Of a stretch of 54,965 bases of DNA, positions 37,416-50,100 are shown piece by piece (position 1 is the stretch's first letter; each line of letters starts with the position of its first letter). The translations under genes and the position numbers were made by a program. The stretch is taken from assembly GCA_001655205.1 (NCBI GenBank), contig LPNZ01008506.1, forward strand, positions 1-54,965, read 5' to 3'. This DNA is from Lenisia limosa. Taxonomy: Eukaryota > Protista > Breviatea. Under the pieces are notes generated by a model, which saw only the letters and a program-made list of their open reading frames with translations, searched no databases and had not been told where the DNA came from.

Positions 37416-39983
37416 ATGGCACCAAAGAAGTCCAAGAAGGGTAACTGTAAGCACTTGCTTCTTGTTATCTCGCCTCCTGAGTACTCCTTCGTTTGAATTT
37501 AACCATATGCAGCTCAAGTACTCATTGATAAGCTTGAAGGGGCCCAACGCACAATGCTACAGCTTTACAACTCAACGAAGGTGGGCACTAATGCCTTTCT
37601 TTTTCGCTTTGCTGTTGTGGTACAACAGTTTTTTTATTGAATCTGTCAAGTTGGCGTATGTATCCAAAGTTGGAAATAATTCCAATCAGGTGTCCCCAAT
37701 GCCTGAAATATATCATGCCCTTCAAAACGCGATCAGTGAGAAGACCGCTCTTTCACATGTGGGCTTTGTCACCTTTTCCAGATTTAGAACTATGGCTTTT
37801 CTAAATTGTTTTCTACATTATTTTTTTTAAGGATTTTATCGGTAACATCTATTATCAAAAAGAAGAAAACCATGAGGAAAAGCGAGAGAGTGGACTCGTG
37901 CTTATTCTGCAGCTGCTTTTCAACGACGTTGTAATCCGGCCTGGAGACGTGGAACCCATTGTCTCGGTGGTCGAGTCCTTGAGCATCAAAGTCTGTCTCT
38001 AAGCTCTTCCTCTACCACCCATTATATCCTCTTGTCACACGCCCCAGGCAGTAGCAATGTGGAGAGTAACAGGTTCCATGTGGTCGTTGATCGAGAAGCT
38101 TGGCAACACAAGTGTGAAGACCCTGGAGATCATGGATACTGCGGTCAATGAGACAACAACGGTGGCTCTAAAAAGGGTTTGTTGCCCTGCTTTGTTCTCT
38201 CCAAATAAATATAGATTCTAACGGTATCAGATATTTGAGGGACCTTTGGGTGCATCTTTGACAAAGGTAGTGTTGGACCACACCCCCATCGGAGACGCTG
38301 GCGCAATTGCCATTGGTATGAACAGGCTCCCATGTTATATGCCTGTCTAGGGAGGAACTGTTAGGTATTAGACTGGTGTTCTTGAAAACGCACATCCCTT
38401 GTTTTTCTGTTAACTGAAATTGTGTAGATAACTGATTAGTGCACTAATATTCCACCATAACAAATTCTTTATAAGGTTGTCTTCACCTAGAGACATCCTT
38501 TTATATATTTATCCTTTCTTCCCGTATATAAACGTAATGTATGTACAATTGCACACATTGACACTCTTGCAGCTGAGGGGGTTCTATCCATACAAGGAGT
38601 GAAGCACTTCAGTGCTAGGTTGGGGGGGGGGGTGAGCTTCCACAGTTTTAAAAAGAATATTTGATTTAGATCATATTTTCTTCTTCACCAAATCAGCTAT
38701 TCCCCTTCAAAACAGTAAAATATTTCTGAGATATACACACTTTATTTGTTTATGAAGGGAAACAAAGAAAAAAATAACCTTTCAAAAATTTTTATTTTGA
38801 TAGATCAGCAAACTTTATCGCGAAAATTTAATATTTTTTTAGCGCCACGCTCGCGCAATTTTTTTTTCAGTTTATGCTCATTGTCCTTTTTTACGAGTTA
38901 AATTGTTGTGAAGTTGACCGTAACATGAAAAAGAGACAGTCACAGAAAATTGAATTAACGACCATAATTCGAATTAACGACAAAGTTTAGGACCTCGAGC
39001 ATATATTTATTCCCTTCACCTTGCTTTTTATTTCATCAAAATCAGGAATTTGGATTGTTTTCTGTTGGTATTCCAACCGAAGCTGCTTACTGTACCCAGA
39101 TACTGCGGTATTGAAGCCGAAGGTGCCGCCCGCTTGTCCGAGGCAATAGCTTCTTGGCCGGTTCTTCAGATCTGTGATCTTGGGGCGAACAGGATAGGCC
39201 CCGGCAGTTACGCGTTACTACGTGCTGTAGCGCACCATGGAGGGTGAGGCGGAATCCAAGGACTCTTTTAAAGCATCAAAAAACTTATTAAGCCTGAATA
39301 CCCACTATGATATATCATTATAAGCTTCTTTGATGCTATCTATTTTTTCTCACCGCTACGTAAAAAGTATGCTCTGAAGTTAACTGATTAGGTTGACCCA
39401 CTTGGATATGACGGATAACTACATATCTCCTGATGAAACATGTGAGTGTCTTCTTTCGCTTTTTTTTCTGACTTGAATCAAGTTGCCAGAGTATACCCCC
39501 CTCAACAGACACACCGAAATATCTTCATTCTCTGACTCAGCAGCTAGAAAACAACTAATCATTCAGTTGTCACCCCCTGCATCTCCGCCATTCAAGGCTG
39601 TAAGACTCTGACATCTTTGTTCCTCACAGGCAACCCACTCCCACTGGTTTGAGCAGGAGGTGCTATTAGATTGTTTCTTCTGGAATCAAATTTTTAGTAT
39701 CGTTAGCCCTTTAGTTTGGCCCTTACCTCATTAGGCCTTTGGACCTGCCCTCTTAGAAGCGATCTCAAAAACTCCACCTCCAACCCTCATGAAGGTCTCT
39801 TTACCGGTTTGCAAATTTTATCTTGAACATCATCTTCTCATATCTCATACTTGACATTTGTTTTAATTGTTTCATCCTCTGATTGTGTAGCCGCATTTGG
39901 ATTTGGCGACAACCAAGTCCATTTTGGAGCTACTGAAGTCTCGACTGAAAACTGTGCGTGGAATTCATGCTTCCCTTCAATAG
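37416..39983 (+). CDS. RNI-like leucine-rich repeat protein, multi-exon
   Basis: MAPKKSKK| start. LRR units LTKVVLDHTPIGDAGAIAIAEG, YCGIEAEGAARLSEAI, LQICDLGANRIGP, LTHLDMTDNYISP. Stop TAG at 39981-39983. Confidence 0.8.
38691..39002. mobile_element. Family D MITE, left-truncated copy, in an LRR gene intron
   Basis: Colinear and highly similar to about 35728-36030 (AAATCAGCTATTCCCCTTCAA ... TTTAGGACCTCGAGCAT). The left TIR is missing. Confidence 0.85.
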
Positions 39984-40246
39984 TAATTGACAATAAAGTC
40001 TAACGGATAATAATTCATAACCATGAATGATTCACTCACAATTTTAGAAGAAAAAGAAAAAGGTGAAAAAGTGAATCCAAGGTACTGTATTGTTAGGTAT
40101 ACCCATGATAGTATGTTTTTTTATTTTATTTAAGTGTATTTGTTTTTTCCAATTGGTGTTTTCTAAATCACTCCATTTAGATTGAAACCTTGACCACTAA
40201 CCATAATACCATAACCTATTCCTTGTGTTTAATAATCAACCATAAC

Positions 40247-43200
40247 CTATTCCTTGTGTTTAATTCGTGAGCCAAGAGCCGCCGAAGTTAAGAGGAGACA
40301 TGCTAAAGGACAATCACATACAGTTAAAACTTGTATTAAGAAGCACATATGATATTATGAAGGTACAATGTTAAGAATTATATGTGTATTATAAAACCCA
40401 GTACCAATAAAAGAGAACACCAGAGAGGAGTCTAAAGGCCACTTGTTCTGGTGAAGACTGAACGTGAAAAGGTAGCCGCAAATCAGTGGGCCGACGGCAC
40501 GACTACTCAGTAAGACATGGACACTTCGGGGACTGGTCCAGAAAAGGTCAAACTTGGCTATCAACACAGGTGAAAAACAGCAACAAGTTACGAGTTTTCT
40601 TTCCAAAATGGTTAATACCCCAAGCGTAAGGAAAACCACACAAAGTACACCATCCAGCAAACCACAGAGACGCAGTTGTTTGTCCGATACCGTTAACTGC
40701 TCCCACTGCTCCCGGAGGGGCCGCATCGGAAATGATAATAAAGGATGATGTGAAACTGGGGGAGGCATGAAATTAACATCAATATAATACAGTCAATTAA
40801 GAGAATGAATGCAACGGTTTTCTGATATCCTCTTACGAAAGGTTGGAAAAGACCTGTCTGAAAATAACAAGCAGAATCAAAGCACCCCAAAGAAGAGTCG
40901 TGTCATAACGTAGGTATCGTGACTGTGAAGTGAAAACAAAAAAGAATCCTTACATAGGCCCAAATAGCAATGACAAAAGCAAAGCCTGTGCAGCCTGTCA
41001 TGTAGCACTAAAAAGGTGAGAAACGACAGCAAAGGAGTTCACAGTCAGCCTCAAACCCGTCTGTTACCCCATGCTCTCTGCAGCCTTGGGAAAATGAACA
41101 ACTGAAAGGTTAATGAGCATCCATAATCATATGTTTAAAACTACGACAACATCAGTCCTTGCGAGAATCTATCGCCCCTGTTACCTGGAAGATGATAGAA
41201 GAAAGACCCGCGGCAGCGTAAAGGGCTCCAGTTTGAGACGACTTCCAGCCAAGGCCACTACAGTAGTCAGACATGGCTAGGGCTTCACTTTGGTTCGAAA
41301 ACAGACTGAATATCTCGATAAATCTTCAAAAACTATCAGTATTTTACTGGTCTTTTTCGAACCGAAGTGAAGCACTAGGAACGGCTTCTGGGCAGTTTCA
41401 TAATATTTAATGAACCTAAAGCTTCTTTCAGATGCGAGTTTTCCGCATCTGAAAGCAGCTTTTGGATATCTTCCCGATTTGTCAGTGATCATTTATGTGT
41501 AGATCTGCGTCCACTTTAATGCCGTGCCGAGATTATCAAAGGTTCATATTGTAGTCATAACCCACTCACCCCTTATCAGTTGGAGTGGCAGCCCAAACAG
41601 CAAGAATGTCATTGAAAGCAAAACCTGCCATCCCAAGGAGTGCGTAGGATAACACCGCAAAGAATACCTTTGTCGTCATGTGGTCATAGAGATGAGCATT
41701 TGACATTATACAGTATCATATGATAAGCATGATGCGGCACCACTATTTGAGGTGAAGCCTACCTGGGAACGCTTCATGAGAGACATAAACCTACAAGGTG
41801 AGTACGGTAGTGAATGTTCGCTTGAATCCCCACATAGTTGACATCAATTAACTCATTATAACGCGATAAAGTGATCTCATTATCAATTCCAGGCATCCAA
41901 CCTGTGATCCTCGACAGGTTTCGTGAGCAAAGGAGTGGCATCACTTGGCTGAAAATGTGACTAAAAACAGGTTGTTTTTCAAGACCTTATAATATCATTT
42001 AACCAACCTCTGATTTGTCCGTTTCCCCCACGTTAACAACTGCTTTTTGCTACAAAGTTAGCGCTATATCAAAATTAAAGTACTCAATATTTGAAATTCG
42101 CATCGGTTTGATATGCCCCCAAAATAGTATCGAATTGATATAGTACTCCCAAAATAGTATCGATTTGATATGCTCCCAAAATAGTATCAGGATGCTTAAG
42201 AAACGACCCGTTAAGTAATACAGTCCCCTTTACTTCAGCAGCATGGGCCTTCTTTGCAAGGTCTCTTGCCACCTTATTGTCACGCCATTTCTGGAGGAAT
42301 GTCAAAGTTGATCAAGATGTAACAATGAGAAACGCATAATAAAAAAGGTTGCACCCAGGGTGATTTCCTACTTGGGGTTCTGAGAGAATGAAGGCGTCCA
42401 TCAAAAATGCGACAAAGCAAACCTAAAAGTTTGAGGGGGGAACATCACATGTCCAGACGTTAGAGCTCAGAAATGATTGGGCAAAATGGAAATATAAACT
42501 CATATTTCATAACAAAACTCAAAGTTTTAAGCCTACCGCCCCTCCGGCAAGGCAGGGCAGTAAGTAAGGCTCATCGCAAAACAGTGGCGTGGAGTCTTCA
42601 TTGAAGTACTGGGGGTGCTGGTCACAGGGGGAAGACAGCCATCCTCCTGCTAAAGTTCCAACTGGATAGTGAATGACCATGAAACGTGGAGGAGAGTGAC
42701 ATCTTTTCTCAAGTACACGATCACATGAGTCCAAAATATCATTTGGTGCATAGTATATGATATATGGAACGAGTCCTGACAAGTTGACAACCTCATTGAG
42801 ATGTGATGAGGGCGAAAAACACACAACCGCTCACGAATCATGCCGATTGACCAGTTGAAACCCAGGAGAGAAAATCCCTTTCCCTGAATAGTGAGCGCCA
42901 AACGTGGGAAGGTGGCGTACCTTGTTTGTTGTATCCGTGATCTCAGAAATATAGGTTTTCGTTGTGGAGCTGAGAGGTTAGTGCACTGCCAAATCCAGGT
43001 GTGAAGGACGAATTGAAATTATTGGGCATTGTATATCGAGGATTTGGTACCAAAAGTTACCCCTACAAATATCCAGTAAAAGATGCGCAGAAATAGAGTA
43101 ATATGAAAACATGAAGCCTCTCACGTGACCCCATTGAAGCAACCGCCAAGGAAGCGCATAAGGACTGCCATATAGAACGAGCTTGAGATCCCGAAGAGGA

Positions 43201-43703
43201 CTAGGAATGTGCCATTGAGGATGACTCCTTGCATAATAATGAACCTGGCTTCAGGTAAGTACCGTATTGGAAATTCATGTGTTTGTCACCAGCTTACTTT
43301 CTCCCGATTTTGTCCGAAACACGGCCCCAGGTATATCTTAACGAAGTCAGACAGAAAGGCTTTTAAGGCAAAGAAGGTCAGACCTAAGGAAAGACACACC
43401 ACATACCCGGAAAGGAACTGGCCGAAAGTGTAGGCCCCGGCAATCCACCCAGCAAAACGAGCTACGTCATTTTCGGTTTCTCCGATGCCAAAGTCACGGA
43501 CCATGAAGTACACAAAAGGGAGAAGGACCTGAAACGTCCATTCACAAGATACCACACGGATACTATCATATCACCACGCGATTAACTTCAATTCTTCCCT
43601 GGCTTACAGTGAGAGAAAACCCATTGGCAAGTAAACTAATTGAGAGGGCAATGACGGTAGGGGTGTGCAGGGGAGTCCGCTTGGCGATCTCGTCGTTGGC
43701 CAT
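40247..43703 (-). CDS. Major facilitator superfamily transporter (ZIFL/DHA1-like), multi-exon
   Basis: MANDEIAKRTPL..., VLLPFVYFMVRDFGI, AGWIAGAYTFGQFLSG|YTWGRVSDKIGRK (MFS motif A), LFGISSSFYMAVLMRFLGGCFNG, KTYISEITDTTNK|GKGFSLLG. Many hydrophobic exons. Stop TAG at 40247-40249. Confidence 0.93.
41280..41375. mobile_element. 96-bp family B MITE with TA target-site duplication, in an MFS intron
   Basis: TA|GGGCTTCACTTTGGTTCGAAAA ... TTTTCGAACCGAAGTGAAGCAC|TA. The interior is the reverse complement of the 3248 copy's internal motif. Confidence 0.85.
42110..42190. repeat. Short tandem repeat (about 3 x 27-30 bp) in an MFS intron
   Basis: CCCAAAATAGTATC occurs three times with TTGATAT spacers. 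Confidence 0.8.
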
Positions 43704-44172
43704 GTTGGACGCTGCGAAGTAAAAAAATAATTTTATAACATGAGTGAATCAGTAATTCCGTAGATAATTAATCCCAGAAGAACACAAGAAAATCAATGAA
43801 ACTATTAAACTTGTAAATTCATAAGGTTTGGCTCACAATGGGAGATAGGAGATGGGAGGATTCGGATATCAAGCAAGAGGGGTACGTGCCAAGTCTACAA
43901 AGTGCTTTCCTCCTGTCCTCCCTGTATCCCTGCCACCAAGTGACCAATAAAAGCAGAAAAAGAGGGATGATGGAGGGTTTGAAGGCTAACACCTTGTATA
44001 ACATATTTGTACTGGTGTATATTTAAGTACTTTCTATGACATTTTTCAGAGCATACAACCTGCTATATACCTTAAGAGAGAGTGTATACTATATATAATA
44101 AGAATTTGGTCCTAATTTGAGAGATGTAATCGATAATTACCACATATCTCTAATGTTGAATCGCTAACTGCC

Positions 44173-47100
44173 ATGGCAGAAACCCCGTCTTTCAAGCAGT
44201 CCCTCGCGGCTCTTAATGAGTTTGCAACAGGTGATTTTGACTTTGGAACCCCCGACAACAACCGAGTTCGCGATTCGAGCGATGTGAGCGGGATCTATCA
44301 GTCCTTTTCTTTCATAGAACATATTCTTGCCTCCTTCTATTCAGGGGTCACCCAAGAGTTTAATAACAATGATGTGTTATGAATGCAGATGATAAAAATT
44401 TATTTTCTAAGGGATAAGTTATGGCAGATCACAGACTTCATTGTGATGGCCTGTTTTTTCGTGTCCCGCATTCCTGTATATTCATCATACTTTCACGCTT
44501 GAAAAAATATCATTGATTTTACACACACAAACGGTGGAATATTTGAGATGACATTTGACTGTTCAATTGCACTCACCCTCAAGGATGAGTCACTTGTCGG
44601 TTACGGCGACGGTTNNNNNNNNNNNNNNNNNNNNNNNNNNNNNNNNNNNNNNNNNNNNNNNNNNNNNNNNNNNNNNNNNNNNCGTTGCTGTATTGGTATT
44701 TTTTTGGATGTTTATTTTCTGATAACACTAGATCTGAAACTTGCGTCAAAAGGCGCTTTCAGTGTCTTTGAAGATAACGACGTAACCGTCAATGTAACAT
44801 CTGTCATCAATAGCGGGCAGCTTAACCAGTAAGAGGATAATTATCAGACACTTCTCGGTATTTACATCCTTCTGTGCTATATTGGCGCATTATTGCTGAA
44901 CTCCATAACTGCCACCAGGTTTAAACAGTTTGAGAAGAAGTCTCCAGTCTCAAATGAAAATGTAGGATCCCATACCTTTCATATACTCTATCCCGGTTTT
45001 TATCAATTTGCTCACCTGACAGATTCTCACCAACCAACAACTGACGGTCCACCCCCCACACCCGAATCTAACTTCACAAAACTTCACGACACACTCAGTG
45101 GACGAGTCATTATCCATTGATATTACCGGGGTGATATCGGGGACCCCAGGCACCCATGGACTCTCGGCCACGTTGGACTCACCGGTCGGTCAAAACAGCG
45201 GAAGGGACACAACAAGTGCTTCCGAAGTAGACCTGAAGGAGTTCCAGAACACACTTCCCTCATTTGGAAACGCTAGTGTGAGTAGAATCTTCCAGAAGCC
45301 CGTCACAATTGATGAAGACGTCACATTCCCTACCTCGGAACCATCAGACACGGGAACCGAGCCATCGGCTGCCAAGTTCAATGTTTTTGCCGAAGACACC
45401 ACCGATACTTTCCGACGGACTGGAAATTTCGCCCAGGTTCGTGCTGTTCGTTAAAACAAGTCCCCCCGCTTTATTACTGAATTCTTCCTGTTTAACCCCT
45501 TAGGATCGAACAGCGGAGTCCTCTCAGGCGCCTCAGACTCTCTCCGAACCATCGTCTTCTTTCCCTGTTTTCTCCGATTCTCCAATTCAATCGTCACAAC
45601 CATCATCCCAACACAGCTCGCAGCCTTCATCATCACAGCCATTCCAGATGTTTGAAGATGACAATGTGACANNNNNNNNNNNNNNNNNNNNNNNNNNNNN
45701 NNNNNNNNNNNNNNNNNNNNNNNNNNNNNNNNNNNNNNNNNNNNNNNNNNNNNNNNNNNNNNNNNNNNNNNNNNNNNNNNNNNNNNNNNNNNNNNNNNNN
45801 NNNNNNNNNNNNNNNNNNNNNNNNNNNNNNNNNNNCCACAACCATCATCCCAACACAGCTTGCAGCCTTCATCATCACAGCCATTCCAGATGTTTGAAGA
45901 TAACAATGTGACAATTAATATTCCTGTTGTTCCCTCCTCTGGTGGTCTGAAAGTACACAGTAGTCCTGCTCCGAAGTCAAACGCTCTGATGTTCACTGAT
46001 GAGGATATTACCCTCAATTTCCCCATGAAGAAGCCCCCAAAGCCCAATCAAAAACCACCACAGAATCCAATTTCCCAGCCTTCCTCTTTCCCTGTTTTCT
46101 CCGATTCTCCAACTCAATCGTCACAACCATCATCCCAGCACAGCTCGCAGCCTTCATCATCACAGCCATTCCAGATGTTTGAAGATGACAATGTGACAGT
46201 TAATATTCCTGTTGTTCCCTCCTCTGGTGGTCTGAAAGTACACAGTAGTCCTGCTCCGAAGTCAAACGCTCTGATGTTCACTGATGAAGATATCACTCTC
46301 AATTTCCCCATGAAGTCACAGGTTTCGCCAGCCTCTGCAGAACAGGTCCCTACGTCCACAATGTTTACCGAGCTCCCAGCCAGTGCCAGCAGTCCCTTCA
46401 GCTACAACGGTACGGCCACGTCATCAAACGATCAGACCAAAACGGAGAACATGTGGGCAGAAGAAGCCATGAAACTCTCATCTGAGCATACCGCGTTGAA
46501 ACCCGAGGCCGGCCCGGAGCCGACTGAGAATACTGCGCCTATTGACCCCATGGAGCTGACAGGAAAGTCGCCACAAACGCCAGTGGCCACGTCATCGCTG
46601 TTTGTCATGGAAGACTCGCCGTTCATCGCAAAGAAGTCACTGAAAAGGTCCCCGCCTAAGTCGGTCTTGCCACAAAACCAGCCTGAGCCCCAAATTAAAC
46701 AGCCGACATTCGAGCCAGCCCCCTTTTCCGGTGAGTCTCCTGATGCTAACTCCCACTCCCCCCTGGAGCCGCAGACGCTGTTCACGGCCCCCGTGACGGC
46801 CAACTTGAAACGACCCTCCCCAGCGCCAGTCTCACAACCCGGCCCAACCCAGCCAAGTCCCCCCGCGTCTCCTTCACCCGTGCCGCCTCATGTCCAAGAA
46901 CATCAGAAGGAAATCCCCCTCAGTCACCCCCAGAGCGGACAGGTTCAGCGCAGTCCAGTTCAGGTCTTACAGAATGTAACTACTGCGACAAAGTCGCCCA
47001 TTCGTCTTCTCCCAGCAATGAGCCCCTTCCGCACGTTGCCGCAACCCGCAATGCCGAGCCCTGGCATCTTCGCCCAGACCGGACCTGTCAACAGATCGCC

Positions 47101-50100
47101 TGTTCAAAGCCCCATAGTCAACTTGACAAGCACGTCGTCCCTCTGGGCTGCCGACACCACTCTGCACGTGACTGATGTGGCTATTGAACAGGAGGCTTCG
47201 CTTTTGGTCTCAGAACCCACTGCCACTCTTGCCCGCATCCCAGTCCCAACTGAGGAACCATCTGAGACTCCTGTAGATATCCCATCCCAGTCATTTTCCG
47301 CACCGCCAACACCCACTCCGGCCGAGGCACCCCTCACACCATCCCCCGAAACACTGCAGGGTCCCAGCACGCCGAAGCCTGAAGAATCCCCACTAGCTCC
47401 ATCCCCCGTCGCAGTCAAGTCCTTCGCCGTTGCCGAGTCACCTCTTCCAAACATGTCACGCCGACGCGCGGAACTCATGTCGCCTAGCTCTCCGCACTCC
47501 TCTATTGTCCGCACGTCTCAGTCAATGTCTCCTTTTGCGGCCACGGCACAGTCTTCGAAACAGTCGCCGGAGATTAAGCAGGAGCGACTGTCCGCGTCGG
47601 TCACTTTGTCGCCCCAAGCCATCGCGAATGATAATGAGGTAGGATATGGGAGGAAAATAACAAATGTATGCATGCTGTACATACCAGCATCTCTTTTCAG
47701 TGACACTTTCATTTCCCTCGCATATTATTGGATATGATCAACCTGACTAATGCGCCAGGCTGACGACAGTGTTATCATCATTGAGCCAGAAAGTCCAAGC
47801 AATCCCGAAATTGAACCAGGTTGGTAGGACCTTTTGTTGCATCATTAACTCTAGAACGCACCCCTGAACCCTTGGACTCGCCGCCTGCTTCTCCCACGAG
47901 CGAACCAGAAGAAAGCAATCAAAGCAATCACGACTCGCCACCTCAGGAGCCAGTCCAGCCCCCCTCAGGTCTCCCGGTGCCCACTCTCAGCAAGCCTCTT
48001 AGCAATGACATGGCAGATGACATGGCACAGACCCCCCAGGCCCGTGCGCCTATACAGCCGTCTCCCGTGCCGACGGTTAACACCAGTGCGCTCAGCCCCA
48101 CGCCGTTCACCCCGAGACGGCCAGTCTCTCTCATGTCTGCCCGGACAAGGGGCACGCCCTTCACGCCTGCTCGCACGCCATTTTCACGCAACACCCCGTT
48201 CACACCCCGCTCCACTTACACAGGTTGGAACGTCAACATTTTCATTTCATTTCTTTTTTTAGCTTTTTTCAGCCATAATTTTTCTCACCTGTCTAGGTCG
48301 AATCCCGTTCACCCCGGGTACCTCATATTCGACCATGACTCCGCCGCCGGATATGTCCATTCCTTGCGTCATTAAACAGCTTGAAATTGACACCGTGCAC
48401 CCCCAGGTTAATGACGCGTAGGCGGTTTGAAACCTGCCACTTTCATCATCAACAACACGTGCATTTGTTCAGGGTTACCCCCCTCCCCCAGACCTGAGCC
48501 TTTCAACGAAAGTGACAGTTTCTTGGTCCAAGCTCTTCTGGTGGCTCCCAACACACGTTACACTCTTGAAATGTGCAAACGCATGGTGGGCTGTTGTTTC
48601 TTTTTTTTAAAGGATCATAACAAATATTCGACTGAAATGGATGCTGTCAGTTAGCATCTTTCACTCCCAAAGGAGATGTATCTTCAGAAGCACTCCGGCC
48701 AAACGGCTGAGATTGAGAACGCGATCAACGAAGACTTTCCAGCGTCTCTTGCTTACAGGCTGTCTTCATGTGAGGGGGGGGGGGGTTCATAGGACTACTA
48801 TTAAGATACTACATGCGTTTTGTTGCTCATAGATAATCCTCTGGTCTGGAACAGTTCGAATGTGAGTGACCACACCGTAGTGTCTTCTGAAGAGTTGGAG
48901 GAAATGAAGGACTCCGCCGATCGACTGTGGACGGAATTCAGAGCAAACGTAAGGGGATAATTCGAAACTAATTGGGTGAGATCACGGTGTGAATTTTCGC
49001 AGTTCGAAATAATTTTCCATTACATAGGCTTTCCAAAATTGAGACGGAATGGCAGGTTTTCAAGAAGCATCTTTTGATTAGGAAAATTGAACATTTAGGC
49101 AAACCAAATCTGGTGCCGTTACCGTAGCAAAGAGGAAGAAAAGCTGCTGGAAGTCTTGAATCGAGTCAACACCAGGATTACAAGGGTGGGTCAAGCTGCA
49201 AGGAAATATTATATCTCTTACTTAAGTGTATATAATCATTTCAATTACTGTACATCGACTATCTCTCCAATAGGAACTCACGACGTTCACGAAGCCCTTC
49301 TCAGATTGACTCTTTAGGATACCATGGTGTTAGNNNNNNNNNNNNNNNNNNNNNNNNNNNNNNNNNNNNNNNNNNNNNNNNNNNNNNNNNNNNNNNNNNN
49401 NNNNNNNNNNNNNNNNNNNNNNNNNNNNNNNNNNNNNNNNNNNNNNNNNNNNNNNNNNNNNNNTTCAGGTGTAGTGATGGTGACTAACGTTTTAGTTTGG
49501 ACAGTAGGTTCCAAGGGCTACTGAAGGAAGGAGACGGTCTTGCTGCTCAGAAGTCTCAGGCCACGATGCGGCTGCAGAAGGCAAAGAAAGACATCGCAAG
49601 ACTGAACGTTGGAGGACAATATCGAGAAAGTAATACTGTCTTTTTTTTCTTTTTGCTTTGCGCTCCTTGTTCCACGATACGAATAGCATAAGGGTTCTTA
49701 CCAAGAGGAATTACCGGAGAAATGACTCTTGATTCTGTAAATATGTTAGGCTGAGGCTGAGACGCTTCGAGTTGAGCTTCGAAGCACTGAGCAGAAGATG
49801 CGGAGTATTGAGAGAGAAAACACGGCCCTCAACTCTCGACAGGCTGTTTTGGATACTGAGAAAGGTGTCGGTGACAAGCACTCGGTATGCCCCTGCAAGT
49901 TATCAAACACACTTCATGAACACTGTGATAATATGATAAATAGGCTTGAGTAATTGTGTTTTTGCTTCAATTATACTACATTTTGGTCATTCAATTGGCA
50001 GACTAAAAAGACTTCACAAATAATAACATAATATTTAATAAATACATGGACTCTCTTCTTCAAACCAGTGGCTCACCTTTGCAGTTTGAGTCGGACCGAT

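Noticed and set aside
43245-43262. Strong plus-strand donor CTTCAG|GTAAGT suggesting an overlapping antisense gene
   Set aside because: It lies at an MFS minus-strand intron/exon junction with no accompanying plus-strand ORF or acceptor chain, so it is likely chance.
45545-46315. CRISPR-like or non-coding repeat array
   Set aside because: The unit is 285 bp, in frame, without unique spacers, and lies inside a eukaryotic exon.
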